From Gemmatimonadota bacterium (GTDB taxonomy: Bacteria > Latescibacterota > UBA2968 > UBA8231), in the NCBI GenBank assembly GCA_038128265.1, contig JAYPJE010000013.1, positions 22,908-86,907 of the forward strand: a DNA stretch of 64,000 bases, in the 5' to 3' direction. This document shows positions 8,826 through 19,295 of the stretch, piece after piece. The translations under genes and the position numbers were made by a program. How positions within the stretch are numbered: position 1 is the stretch's first letter; each line of letters begins with the position of its first letter. The notes beneath the pieces were generated by a model that saw only the letters and a program-made list of their open reading frames with translations, searched no databases and was not told where the DNA came from.

Positions 8826-10355
8826 TTACCGAAAACCGACGAGGGCGGCTATGAACAGGCCCAGGCAGAGCCAGCCGATCAACGCCTGGACGATGGCCAA
8901 CCCGCGCGTCAGGCGCTGGGCTTCGGCCGGCGGCCCAAGGCGAAAAAAGGCCTGTGCGCTGAAGTAGAGGCCGTCGATCCAGCGGACGGGATGGCCCGGC
9001 GCAAGGCGGTAGAGCAGGGAAAAGAGGAGTATGCAGACTGTGACAAAGAGGGCCAGGCGGCTCAAGTCGGCGCCGTAATACGTGGTGAAGCGCCACAGCT
9101 GCAGGCCGTACCAGTCTGCGTTGGTCGGGCCGAGGGCGCGGCGCTTGTGTTCCATGGCAGCGGCAAAACAGGCCCGTGCATCTTCTGTGAGGCCTTCGGT
9201 CAGCAGGTAGTGGTGGAGTTTGGCATAGACCGGCTGCAGGTCGGCAGCGGTGCTATCCTCGGTGGCCAGCCGGCCGGCCAGCTGCGGCCAGCGGAAGGAC
9301 GCGCGGGCAAAATTGGCGTGCTGTAGATAGAGGCGAGCCGTATCCGTCAGCGTAGAGTCGGGATTTTGCACATCGCGCGCATCGACTGCTGGTAAGAGGT
9401 CGAGATGGGGACCTCTGCTATGGCGCAGATCGATCGCGCTTTTAAAGTCGGCGTTGAGGTCGAGGTCTGCGTGAAAGCGGCCGCCGCTTAAATCAACGGC
9501 TTTCTTGAAATGACTGCCAGCAAATGTGACCGGCTGGTGGAACTCCGCGCCGGCAAAGCCGACGGGGTGGACAAAGGTGATGTGGCGAAAGTGCGCTGGC
9601 CCCGAAAAAACGGCCTTTCCAAAGGATATTTCACCGCGACTGCGGGCGTTGTCGAATAGGGCGCGCCGGGCAAAATGGGACTGCCAGAAGCGGGTGCGCT
9701 GTATGAAGCGCGCGCCGCCAAAGTCTACATCGCCGTTGAAGCGGACATTTTTAAACTGTGCGTTGCCCTCGAAAAATGCGTCCCGGAAATCGGCTTCGGC
9801 CGCAAACGCGGCGCGTTCAAAATAGGCTTCTCCGGCAAAGCGCGCGTGGGAGAAGGTCGACTGCGAAAAATGCGTCTCAATAAAGGACGCAGTCTGCTCA
9901 AACGCGCTGCCCGAAAAGTCACTCCCGGCGGCAAAAGACGCCTGTTTGAAGTTGGTATGTCGTCGCGAAGTGCTCTGTTTGAGCGCGAAGTCGGCGTCAA
10001 AGCGCGTCTTGAAAGCGGAAACGCCGCCGCGGAATTCAATGTGTTCGCCGCGAAAGTCGGCGGCGAACACGACGTTGCTCAGCGCGACTTCGCCGAGAAA
10101 AATGACGTCAGTTAGCGAGAGCGTCGCGCGCACGGTGTCGAGACCAGACGTGGGGGCAAATACCGGACCACGCACGGCCGTAGCGCTGTATTCAATCTGG
10201 GTGCCGGCTTTCGCCGTGCGCAGAGCGGTGAGGAAATCGGTGGCATCGATCTGCGCGTAGCGCTGTCCCTTGATGGTCGTATCGCCTATTGCAGGAGCTT
10301 GGGCCTGTGCGGTGGCTGCTATAAACAGGGTGGCCAAAGCGGTGTAAAAGCGCAT
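8826..10355 (-). CDS. Pentapeptide-repeat protein with C-terminal 2-TM ion-channel-like (Ion_trans_2-like) segment
   Basis: Signal peptide ending AQA; 11-aa-period AxFxxAxF repeats; C-terminal TM, pore-helix-like DGLYFSAQAF, TM. Confidence 0.75.
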   Translation of the reverse strand: MRFYTALATLFIAATAQAQAPAIGDTTIKGQRYAQIDATDFLTALRTAKAGTQIEYSATAVRGPVFAPTSGLDTVRATLSLTDVIFLGEVALSNVVFAADFRGEHIEFRGGVSAFKTRFDADFALKQSTSRRHTNFKQASFAAGSDFSGSAFEQTASFIETHFSQSTFSHARFAGEAYFERAAFAAEADFRDAFFEGNAQFKNVRFNGDVDFGGARFIQRTRFWQSHFARRALFDNARSRGEISFGKAVFSGPAHFRHITFVHPVGFAGAEFHQPVTFAGSHFKKAVDLSGGRFHADLDLNADFKSAIDLRHSRGPHLDLLPAVDARDVQNPDSTLTDTARLYLQHANFARASFRWPQLAGRLATEDSTAADLQPVYAKLHHYLLTEGLTEDARACFAAAMEHKRRALGPTNADWYGLQLWRFTTYYGADLSRLALFVTVCILLFSLLYRLAPGHPVRWIDGLYFSAQAFFRLGPPAEAQRLTRGLAIVQALIGWLCLGLFIAALVGFR

Positions 10356-10360
10356 GCGAA

Positions 10361-11890
10361 TTAACTCCCCTCCTTCAGTTCGCGCGCTCGCGCTCGGTGC
10401 GCTTCGCTGCGTGAACCGTCTCCCAGTTGGGCATAGGCATCGCTCAAATACATGTGGATGCGGACGTTGTCTGGGTCGAGTTCGGCAACCTGCAAATACG
10501 AGTCGATGGCGGCGGCGGGCTGGTTGAGCCGCATGCGGGTGACGCCGAGGTTCATCAGCGCCTCAGCGTAGTCGGGTCGCAGCTGGCTGGCGTGCGCGAA
10601 ATGGGCCGCGGCGGCATCCATCTGTCCTTGGCGCGCTTCAACTAGACCCAGACCATAGGCGGCTTCGGCCAGCGCATCGTCTAAGACGAGCGCCATTTCG
10701 AGCTCGGCCCGTGCTGGGTAGAGGCGGCCTTGTTTGTAGTAAACCATACCCAACCGAGTGCGGTTGATGGGGTCTTGCGGATCGAGGTCGACGGCGCGGC
10801 GCAGCGATTGTGCGGCGCCATCAAGCTCACCTTTCCACGTTAGCAAGATGCCCAAACCGCTGTGCGCATCTTTGAGGTCAGGGTTGAGCTCGAGTGCGTT
10901 CTGATAGGCGATAATAGCTTCCTCATACTGGCCGCGCAGGGCCAAGTTGAGGGCCATATTATAGCGTGCAGTTGCTGGGCCAATGGCGACGGCCCCCCCG
11001 CTGGGTTGGGATATCTCGGAGCCAATTCCGCGCTCCTTCTGACGCAGGATCTCCGAGCGGCGCAGCGCTTGCTGGCCTTCGCTGCGCTGCCCTAGTCGCA
11101 GGTGCACACCCGCTATATTTGAGTGGATTTGAGGAGAATGTGGGTTGAGTTTAGCGGCGTGCGCCAGGTGCGAGAGCGCGTCTTCAAAGCGCCCGCTCTC
11201 GCGATAGAGCATACCGAGGTAAAAGCTCGCTTCGGCGTCGTCGGGCGCATGGCGCACGGCCTGTGAGAAGAGGGTGATCGCCCCATCTCGGTCGCCCTCT
11301 TCGCGCGCCATCATGCCGAGTTTTTTATAGGCGGGGGACAGCGTAGAGTCGGCGGCTAAGGCGCGTTGATAGGCCTGCTGTGCTCGCTCGCTGCTGTCGC
11401 GATAGGCATAGACCAGGCCGATATTGTAATGGGCGTGTGCGCGGACGGAATCCAGGTCGATGGCCTTTTGAAAAGCGGTCAAGGCTTCGTCTGTATCGCG
11501 GTAGTGCGCTTGGGAAAACGCGCGTGCCATATGGATCGCGCCGAGAATATCGTAGAGTTCGGCGCTCGTGGTGTCGGCACTGAGTGCGCGTTCGATATGC
11601 GTCTGTGCCGAGTCGTAGCGCCCGAGCGCCAGGTGTGCCCGAGCGAGGTCGCGTCGGAGTAGCGGCACGTCCGGGTCGCTCTCTAAAGCCAGGGCTAGAG
11701 AGCCTAGCGCTTCAGCATAGCGTCCGGCGCTGAGGTGCTGGCGGCCCGCCTCCGCGGGGCCCATTGCAGCGGCTTGTTCGGCCTGACCCTCGGGTGGAGT
11801 GTGTGCTCCATCATCGCACGCGGTTACAATGGCCAGCAGGGCGATAGGGTAGAGCGCTCTGAGTGTCGGATTTCGGTGTGCGGGTAGCAA
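10361..11890 (-). CDS. TPR-repeat lipoprotein (34-aa TPRs)
   Basis: TTG start; lipobox-like IVTAC; many AHYNIG/AL.L.P..AEA TPR motifs. Confidence 0.85.
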   Translation of the reverse strand: MLPAHRNPTLRALYPIALLAIVTACDDGAHTPPEGQAEQAAAMGPAEAGRQHLSAGRYAEALGSLALALESDPDVPLLRRDLARAHLALGRYDSAQTHIERALSADTTSAELYDILGAIHMARAFSQAHYRDTDEALTAFQKAIDLDSVRAHAHYNIGLVYAYRDSSERAQQAYQRALAADSTLSPAYKKLGMMAREEGDRDGAITLFSQAVRHAPDDAEASFYLGMLYRESGRFEDALSHLAHAAKLNPHSPQIHSNIAGVHLRLGQRSEGQQALRRSEILRQKERGIGSEISQPSGGAVAIGPATARYNMALNLALRGQYEEAIIAYQNALELNPDLKDAHSGLGILLTWKGELDGAAQSLRRAVDLDPQDPINRTRLGMVYYKQGRLYPARAELEMALVLDDALAEAAYGLGLVEARQGQMDAAAAHFAHASQLRPDYAEALMNLGVTRMRLNQPAAAIDSYLQVAELDPDNVRIHMYLSDAYAQLGDGSRSEAHRARARELKEGS

Positions 11891-12133
11891 GGGCGATTCT
11901 CAGTCGTCGACGCAGATGGAGGCGCTTTGTCGCGGAGGAAAGATACCGCATGAGCCGGTCAGTGCCAACGGACAATACAAAGGGCGCCGAGCCTGCAGCG
12001 CGATCGCCGTGTTCGGGAAAACAGGTGAAATGGATGCCCGAACACGGCGTAAATCTGCTCGTATGTTCGCACCGCGTGCGGTTAGCTTGATGGGCGGAAC
12101 CTAGCGCGCGGTTGCCAACGGTGGATAGTGCAT

Positions 12134-13798
12134 TTACGAACTGGGCGCGGCACTGACTCGCTTTAGGGCTTCTTCGTCAATTGTGACGGGATACTTGTCT
12201 CGCAGCGAACGCACATACTGGACGTAGCTGCGCCTGGCCTTATCTACTTTGACGTAGGCCGTTGAGCGGCGCTGCGACTCCTTGTTGTAGGGAGCTTTTT
12301 CCTGTTTGCGCTCGAGCACTTTGAATACGGAGTAACCCGCGCCCGTCTTGACCGGTCCTCCCACCTGGCCGATTTCCAAACTCTGTACAATTTCGGAAAT
12401 CTCGGGAAAGAAAGCCTGGTTGTAGGCGTTGATGTCGAGGCGGCCGTTGTGGTGTGCTGCTTCTTCGCGCAGCGAGTACTGATCGTAGAGAGCCTGCGGA
12501 TCTTCGCCCTCTTGCAGCAGGCGCTTCACGCGCTGTGCGAGCGTGTCGCTGGCCACCAGGATTTCGGCTGCCGTCGTCGTCGCTGGGGGGATGAACTTCT
12601 GCGGATTCGCATCGTAAAAGGCGCGTGCTTCATCCTCCGTGACGGCGATATACTGATCGACCTGGCGCTTGCGCAGCATGTTCAATAGGGCTGCCGGCTT
12701 GCGTTCGGCCAGATGCTCTGCTATGACGGGATCTTTGTCCAAGCCCATTTCGTACGCTTCCGACATGAACAGGTGGGCTGGAATAAAAATTCGGTTGAGA
12801 ATGGTCGTTACTTCGGCCGGTTTGGCGAAGTCGCGGGGATTTACGTGTGCTTCTTTGGCATCGTGAAGAAATTCGTCGAGCGTTATTTCTCCACCCGCGA
12901 AGCTCACCAGGGGCATCTGCCCTTCGTCGCCGGGCAGCACGAGCGGGTCGTCGTTGCCGGCATCACTCAGCTTGGCTAATAGCCCCATATTATCTTCCCG
13001 AATTTCCGGCTTGTACTTGTCGTTTATAAATGCCAGCAATTCGGTTATGCGCTCTGCGCGCTTGCGCGCGAAGACTTCTTCCTTTACGCGTTGGTACGTT
13101 GCGTCGAGGGAAACGGGCATTTCGTCAAAGACTTTGAATACGACAAAGTGAATTTTCTGTTCGTGCGGCACAGGCGTCGGATCGGATATTTCCCCGACGG
13201 CCAGCGGAAAGACGCTCTCGGCGATTGCTGGAATGGTCTGATCGCGCAGCTTATAGCCGCCGCTGTCCCCTCCGCGCTCGGCCGTCTCGCGGTGGACGGA
13301 GTGCTCGGCGGCCAGCGCTTGGAAATCGCCTCCGGCTTCGAGCAGGGCAATGATTTGCTCGGCTTCCTCTTTTGTTTCGACCATGATGCCGCTAAAGCGC
13401 AGCGCGCGGTCGCGGTAGGTTGCTCGCTGATGCTCTTCGAGCTCTTCGTCGCTGACGGATATCTTTTCGACAATTTCCTGTTGCTGGTAGAGTCCGAAGA
13501 TCTTGCTCTTGACCTCTTTGGCTTCCTGTGCGCGAAACGCGGGATCGTTTTCCAGGTCGAGCGATCGCGCCTCGGCTAGGAGCACGGTCTTGTCGATTAG
13601 GCTCTCGAGTAGGTTGCGGTTGATATCCAGTGGAGAGCCGCCGGTTTTCATGCCATCGGGTATACTGGCCGTAAACGACGCGAACTCTTCCGCCGTAATC
13701 TGTTCGTCGCCTACAGTGACCAGCACGTTGGACTCTTCTTCGGGGGTGCTGCAGCCGCTCAACGCGGCAAAGATGAGGATGTATAATGCAATTTGCAT
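12134..13798 (-). CDS. SurA/PrsA-like peptidyl-prolyl isomerase lipoprotein with two parvulin domains
   Basis: AGGAGG RBS before ATG 13798; lipobox LSGC; VxVGDExIT N-domain; GGDFQALAAEHS...GGDSG and GQVGGPVKTGAGYSVFKV rotamase motifs. Confidence 0.85.
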   Translation of the reverse strand: MQIALYILIFAALSGCSTPEEESNVLVTVGDEQITAEEFASFTASIPDGMKTGGSPLDINRNLLESLIDKTVLLAEARSLDLENDPAFRAQEAKEVKSKIFGLYQQQEIVEKISVSDEELEEHQRATYRDRALRFSGIMVETKEEAEQIIALLEAGGDFQALAAEHSVHRETAERGGDSGGYKLRDQTIPAIAESVFPLAVGEISDPTPVPHEQKIHFVVFKVFDEMPVSLDATYQRVKEEVFARKRAERITELLAFINDKYKPEIREDNMGLLAKLSDAGNDDPLVLPGDEGQMPLVSFAGGEITLDEFLHDAKEAHVNPRDFAKPAEVTTILNRIFIPAHLFMSEAYEMGLDKDPVIAEHLAERKPAALLNMLRKRQVDQYIAVTEDEARAFYDANPQKFIPPATTTAAEILVASDTLAQRVKRLLQEGEDPQALYDQYSLREEAAHHNGRLDINAYNQAFFPEISEIVQSLEIGQVGGPVKTGAGYSVFKVLERKQEKAPYNKESQRRSTAYVKVDKARRSYVQYVRSLRDKYPVTIDEEALKRVSAAPSS

Positions 13799-14197
13799 GG
13801 GTGAAATCGCCTCCTGACCATGCGGGTTCCCTGCGAACAATGCGTAGGTAAGATACGAAATTCAGGGATTTTGGTCAGTCTAATCGCGAATTTGTTGTGC
13901 GGGAGGGTTTGCCCAAATGACTTTGTTTGAGCAATGGATGGGCGAAATGAGGGAGTGTTGAGGTGGGACCATCTCTATCGGCCACCGCCAAATCGGATGC
14001 GTAAAAAACGCTTGCTCTCCAACCTTGGGTGGGTTATTAATATACCGACATTGGCCACACCTGCATGTCGAAAGAGACATTGAAACGGTGAACTTTAAGG
14101 GCAATTCGTCGGTTGATAGGTTTTCTAAATACCTGTCCCAACGGCTTTTATCTACAATACTACCGATCTGATCGATCCATTGGCTAGGACGCATGCG

Positions 14198-16456
14198 ATG
14201 TCGCTGAAGGCGCGAAAATTGAGCAGGAGCTTCTCTCTGGTTTTGGTCCTACTCATCTGCGGGAGGGCGGCGGAGGTCGATGCTGAGGTCTTTGTGATAG
14301 GGGGACAGGGGCTCAGTTGGGAAGGTGGAGGCGACGGTATCGAGCCGACGGTTATCCGCGGTGCGCGCAAGGTGGAGCACACCAATGCTCCTGGTGGCGT
14401 CATTGACTTTCAGGTCGAGGGGCTGAGCAACTGGATTTTTCCCCAGCGCGCCGATACAACCCTCAATATCGCGGTCGGCGCGGCTTCGGAGGATCGCGGC
14501 GGCGAAATCACCTCGCCTAACGCTCAGCGCATCCGCGCGGACTTGCCCAACATGATCGACAACGACGGTGCCACGGCGCTCGATTTGCGCGTGGCAGCCG
14601 GACAGTCGGCTCAGGTGCTGGGAATTATTATCGACCTCGATTTGGGTGCACGCTTCGGCATCGACCGCTTCAAATTTTTTCCGCGCAATGCCGATCCTGC
14701 TTTTCCCGCGCCGGCGTTTCCCTTCCAAAATGATTTCATGCGCGGGTTCGAGCTCTTTCTCAACGATGGCACAGATCAGACCCAGCTGGAAGGACGGCCC
14801 ATCTACGAGACCATATTTCTCGAATCCCTCAACGAAAATGCCGTCGTAGACCTGCGGATCGAGCCACAGTACGTGCGCCATATTCGACTCAAGTCGCTGA
14901 CGACGGCTGGTTTTGAAATTGCCGAGTTTCAGGTGTTTGGCACGGGGTTTGTGCCCGAGGCTAGCTACCTGTCAGACGTGCTCGACTTTGGCGACTTAGC
15001 CCTCTTGGGCAATCTGCGCTGGATTCAGGACAAGGAAGGTGATGCAGCGCTTTCCAAGGTGGAGGTGCGCACGCGCGTTGGTCGAGACATAGACCCGGTT
15101 GAGTACAATAAGATCCGCCCCGGCGAGCGCATTTTCCGCAGCGGTGGTGGCGCGACGTCGGGCAATCGCTCCGGCACCACCACATCGGGCGATGCCGTGC
15201 CCTGGAAATTTGCCTCTGACGTCGACGATGCGGAGCTAAAGGAACTGGTCGAGACGGTGCTTGACAACGATCAGGTGGGCCTGCGCAATGCCATCGAGGC
15301 GTTTAATGAGCTGCCGCTCGATAAGCAGATACTGGTCACGTTGGAAGAAGACGAGTACAACAAGCTGAAAAACGAAGACAAGGGCGATATACGCGACGAC
15401 CTAACCAACTGGAGCGGTTGGTCGCCCCCCTATGCGCCGAGCGCCGTGGTTGCGGTGGAAGACATCGAGAATCCGTCGATGGGCGTGCCGATTATCGCCG
15501 CTGACCCTCGCCGCTACTTCCAGTTCGCCGTCGACCTATTCAGCGAGGATTTTGCCGCTGCTACGGGCGTTGGTTCGCTCTCCTTTGAGGTTGTGACGCC
15601 CCCTTTTGCAGAGCGTATTATCGGCGAGATCTCGCCGCGCGAGGCGGCGGTCGGACAGCGAACGCGCTTCGTCTATGCGGTGCGCAACCAGTCGCGTCCC
15701 GGTCAGGACCGCGGCTTTGATCGCTTTCGCATCGATACGCCGCTCAGGGCTGAAGCCGTTGGGCAGATATCGATCACGCGTCCCGGTGGCTCCACTACGT
15801 CGGCCGATTTTTCCGGTGCGGCGCTCGACGCGCTGCCGCTGACGCAGAACGGGATCAGCATTCTCGAGGTGAGCGATAACGCACTGGTCGTCGGTTTCCC
15901 GCTGATTGACGAGCACGGCACGGAGCTCAAAGTCGGCTTTGACTGTGCGGTGCTGCGCTTTGGGACTACTTTTACCGGCCAGGCGCTCAACTTTGCCGCT
16001 AGCGAAACGCTGGGACAGAATGCGGTGGCGGGCAACGCGGCCGACCTGAGCGCCGATGGGTTAGCGGATACCGACTTGCAGCCGCTGGGAACGCCGCTTA
16101 CGGGCAATTTGTCGGTAGTCGTGCCGATTGCGCGCGACCTGTTGGTAAACGTCGATGTCGTGCCGATGGCGTTTACCCCCAACGGAGACGGCATCAACGA
16201 TGCCGCCGAAATTCAGTACGATATTACCAATATTGCGCGCCCAGCGCCGGTGGCAATACACATCTACGACGTGTCCGGTCGCCCGGTGCGCGTGCTGTAC
16301 GACGACTTAGATACGAGCGGCCGCTTTGCTCGGGCGTGGGACGGGCGCGACGATGCCGGTGCGATGGTGCCACCGGGCAACTATCTGGTTTCTGTATCGC
16401 TGAGTGCCGGCACCGGCAGCCAGCGACAGATTGGCGTCGTTGCCGTGGCCTATTGA
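14198..16456 (+). CDS. Secreted protein: discoidin/CBM32-like domain, conserved scaffold, PNGDGIND/FlgD-Ig C-terminal domain (family A, copy 1)
   Basis: Signal peptide; IDNDGAT...DLDLG...FEIAEFQVFG; C-terminal FTPNGDGIND...IYDVSGRPVR...WDGRDDAG..VPPGNY; AGGA RBS before ATG 14198. Confidence 0.8.
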   Translation: MSLKARKLSRSFSLVLVLLICGRAAEVDAEVFVIGGQGLSWEGGGDGIEPTVIRGARKVEHTNAPGGVIDFQVEGLSNWIFPQRADTTLNIAVGAASEDRGGEITSPNAQRIRADLPNMIDNDGATALDLRVAAGQSAQVLGIIIDLDLGARFGIDRFKFFPRNADPAFPAPAFPFQNDFMRGFELFLNDGTDQTQLEGRPIYETIFLESLNENAVVDLRIEPQYVRHIRLKSLTTAGFEIAEFQVFGTGFVPEASYLSDVLDFGDLALLGNLRWIQDKEGDAALSKVEVRTRVGRDIDPVEYNKIRPGERIFRSGGGATSGNRSGTTTSGDAVPWKFASDVDDAELKELVETVLDNDQVGLRNAIEAFNELPLDKQILVTLEEDEYNKLKNEDKGDIRDDLTNWSGWSPPYAPSAVVAVEDIENPSMGVPIIAADPRRYFQFAVDLFSEDFAAATGVGSLSFEVVTPPFAERIIGEISPREAAVGQRTRFVYAVRNQSRPGQDRGFDRFRIDTPLRAEAVGQISITRPGGSTTSADFSGAALDALPLTQNGISILEVSDNALVVGFPLIDEHGTELKVGFDCAVLRFGTTFTGQALNFAASETLGQNAVAGNAADLSADGLADTDLQPLGTPLTGNLSVVVPIARDLLVNVDVVPMAFTPNGDGINDAAEIQYDITNIARPAPVAIHIYDVSGRPVRVLYDDLDTSGRFARAWDGRDDAGAMVPPGNYLVSVSLSAGTGSQRQIGVVAVAY

Positions 16457-16508
16457 CCACCGCGCAGATTTAAATATCAGAACTCGACCGCAAAGGGAGG
16501 GATTGAGT

Positions 16509-19295
16509 TTGAAAGCCTACAGTAATTGGAGTTTGCTCTGTCTGGCATGCCTGCAGTTTTGGGCCGTGGCGGCGTCGGGTCAGGATTACGGCGATCGACT
16601 TGGCGTTCAGCGAGGGGGCAAAGTGTCCTTTGAGCCACAGGGCTCCGGGGTGATGTTTGGTGCGCTCGATCCAGCCGTTAAAAAGTGGTATGTGCCACAG
16701 GAGTTGGCCACGGAGTACGGCTGGCGCCAGTGGGAATACTCCAACTATGCGCGCGACCCATACCAGCGCTACGTCAGCACCACGCTGGAGGGCGATTACT
16801 TCTACGATTTCTACGGCAATTTTATTGGCCGCGGTTGGCTAATCTACGACTGGCGTCAGGATCAGCCCCAGCAGTTGGGCAGCAGTATTTTCCAAAATAC
16901 GCGGTTTTCGTCGTGGTTTAACTCGGTGACTATTGGCGGCGAGTCCAAGGGCCAGTATCACTACGCCATTACCGTTGGTGATCGCATTCGCACTACGCTG
17001 ACGCCAATGACTTTTTCCAAGCCCACGTTTAATGGCGTGCAGATTGACTTTGCCTCCGATAAATACGCGGCGACGATCTTGGCTTCGCGCGCTAGTGAGC
17101 CGATCCGCGGAGCGACAAACCAGCCGATTACGCGCACCAATGCCACCAGCCTGTTTGGCGGTCGTGCGACATTCCAGCTAGGCGACTTTGTCGAATTGGG
17201 CGCGACGTTGGTCAATGCGCGCAACTCCAATACCAGCCTCGATCTGTTCAGCGGCGATATGATTGCCGGCACTCTGACCTCAGGTCAGAGCAGCACGCCG
17301 CTGACGGCGATTGCCATCGTTCTCAGCGACGACAGCCCGGCCGATGGAGAGGGCGGTGCGGCGCTGTTCTCACACGACGTGCGCATCACCAGCAAGAATT
17401 TCGAGACGGGCCGAGAGGAAGTCTTCACGCTGCAACAGGTGGTGCGAGCCGGCGCAGAGTGGCCCATTATTTTCGGTGGGTTTCAGCGCTCGGGTTTCTT
17501 AGCCGCCGACGGTCCAGAGCGCATTGTGCTCAACTACGATTTCGACGATCCGTCCTATATCGGTCCCGATCCGACTTCGATTATCAACGTCGAATTCGAC
17601 TACGTGATGGCCAACGACTTCAAGGTTGAGATGTGGTCGAGCCAGCAGACGGGGCAGCGGCCCATGCCGTCGGCGCCGCTGAGTCCCGAGTCGATTGACG
17701 CTTCTGAACCAGCTTTTATCAACGTGAAGCGGGCTGACGGCAATGTGCAGGACATATCCAATCTGCAGCGCGTGCGCTTTGAGTACGGTCTGCCAACGGG
17801 CAATCTGGTCGGCGGATTCTCCATTGAGGGAACGGACCTGCTGGGCTTTGACTTCTACGGCGAGTGGGATCGCAACAAGAAGTATTTCCAGTATCCCAAC
17901 GCCGCCACCTTCACCGCTGGCAAGCAGCACGAAATTTCCTCGCTGGATGCCGATGCGTGGCATTTCAACCTATCCAAGCAGGCCTATCCCTACTACCTGT
18001 TCGGCGAGGCCTACTCGTTTGATCGCGCCTATTCGACGACGGCTTACCTAGCCGACAACAACGGCGATGTGCAGTACGACAATACGCAGCGCTATCTCTA
18101 CGAGTTTGTCGAAGACAACGATGACTTAGATCGCTTCCCGGACTGGACGCGCTTCGGTCAGCTTGACGATCGACTGATTTTTCCCGGCTGGGACCAGAAC
18201 AACGACTTTATCAACGACTTTAATCAGAACGACAACGCGACCGTAACCAATATCTTGCCCGACTACGAGGAGCCCTTTCTGCGCTTTGAAGTGGATCGTC
18301 CGGAATTCCTCTTTGGCATTGATCACAACAACAACAACTGGATTGATCGCTTTGAAGACGACGATTTGCCCGACTATCCCTACAAGGCAGATCGCCGCGG
18401 CTACAACTTCTACGTCGGAGCCTTTGTCACGCCTCACATTAAGCTGAGCGTGGGGCGCACCGATGAGGACATGATTTCGGTCAATCGCTCCAATCGGACC
18501 AATTTCCTGCTCTTTACCTTTGACCGCGACTATCCGGGGTTGGGTCGACTGCAGATCTTTGAGTCGCTAAAGCGCAGCGAGGATACGATTCCCGACGATC
18601 GTCGCGAACCGACCCCCTTTGTTGAGGCCACCGGTGTGCAGCCGCTGGTCCGCGATATACTGCCGGCGCAGGATACCTGGATTAATTCTTCTTTTATTGG
18701 CTTTGACTACGAGGGCATCGAAAACCTGCGAGTAGCCAACAAGTTTAAGTGGGAGGTCTTTAACCAGGCTAGCAGCGGCATGCGGGATATCGACAATCGG
18801 CCACTGCGCGACAACTCGAGCTTTTTGGGAGCAATTAACAAGGTCGACTACCTGTATGAACTCGGACGCCTGAGTCTGCGCCCGCGCTTTAAAAGCGAAT
18901 ACCTGCGTATGACTCCTTTCTTGCAGAGCGAAGACAAGCGCCGGCAGTGGACCGGCACCGGCATTCTACTCGCCCAAATGCCGGCTCTGCAAAACACGCT
19001 GCTGCAGGCGGGTGTCGAACTGCTGTGGCTGCGCGACCTGGTCGCCGACGAAGAGGAAATGGTCGACCTAGGCATCACGCGGGAAACGGGTGACGTAAAC
19101 TCGCGCACCGTTGCGGTCCAGCTGTCAAATATCTCCAACTATCAGGGGTATGTGCTAACGACTCAGATCGGTCTGCGCTTCTCGCGGATACTCACTGAGG
19201 GCGTGACCGAAAATGCCAACGGCGGCTTCGATATTGGCAACGAAGCAAGCAGCGTCACGACCAGCTTCTTGACCGTATACGCGGGGCTACAGTAA
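16509..19295 (+). CDS. Large uncharacterised exported protein, putative outer-membrane beta-barrel (paralogue 1)
   Basis: GGGAGG RBS then TTG 16509; signal peptide; C-terminal third has alternating-hydrophobic strands; Asp/Asn-rich DxNxN motifs; clear homology to the next gene. Confidence 0.65.
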   Translation: MKAYSNWSLLCLACLQFWAVAASGQDYGDRLGVQRGGKVSFEPQGSGVMFGALDPAVKKWYVPQELATEYGWRQWEYSNYARDPYQRYVSTTLEGDYFYDFYGNFIGRGWLIYDWRQDQPQQLGSSIFQNTRFSSWFNSVTIGGESKGQYHYAITVGDRIRTTLTPMTFSKPTFNGVQIDFASDKYAATILASRASEPIRGATNQPITRTNATSLFGGRATFQLGDFVELGATLVNARNSNTSLDLFSGDMIAGTLTSGQSSTPLTAIAIVLSDDSPADGEGGAALFSHDVRITSKNFETGREEVFTLQQVVRAGAEWPIIFGGFQRSGFLAADGPERIVLNYDFDDPSYIGPDPTSIINVEFDYVMANDFKVEMWSSQQTGQRPMPSAPLSPESIDASEPAFINVKRADGNVQDISNLQRVRFEYGLPTGNLVGGFSIEGTDLLGFDFYGEWDRNKKYFQYPNAATFTAGKQHEISSLDADAWHFNLSKQAYPYYLFGEAYSFDRAYSTTAYLADNNGDVQYDNTQRYLYEFVEDNDDLDRFPDWTRFGQLDDRLIFPGWDQNNDFINDFNQNDNATVTNILPDYEEPFLRFEVDRPEFLFGIDHNNNNWIDRFEDDDLPDYPYKADRRGYNFYVGAFVTPHIKLSVGRTDEDMISVNRSNRTNFLLFTFDRDYPGLGRLQIFESLKRSEDTIPDDRREPTPFVEATGVQPLVRDILPAQDTWINSSFIGFDYEGIENLRVANKFKWEVFNQASSGMRDIDNRPLRDNSSFLGAINKVDYLYELGRLSLRPRFKSEYLRMTPFLQSEDKRRQWTGTGILLAQMPALQNTLLQAGVELLWLRDLVADEEEMVDLGITRETGDVNSRTVAVQLSNISNYQGYVLTTQIGLRFSRILTEGVTENANGGFDIGNEASSVTTSFLTVYAGLQ

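Noticed and set aside
13880..14194. 104-aa ORF or possible ncRNA in the divergent intergenic region
   Set aside because: AT-rich promoter-like DNA with no motif or convincing structure. TTGCTC-17-TATTAA (14012-14040) is too weak to call.
16140..16456. Flagellar hook-cap FlgD annotation for the C-terminal domains
   Set aside because: Only the Ig-like module is present, on Sec-exported proteins, with no flagellar genes nearby.
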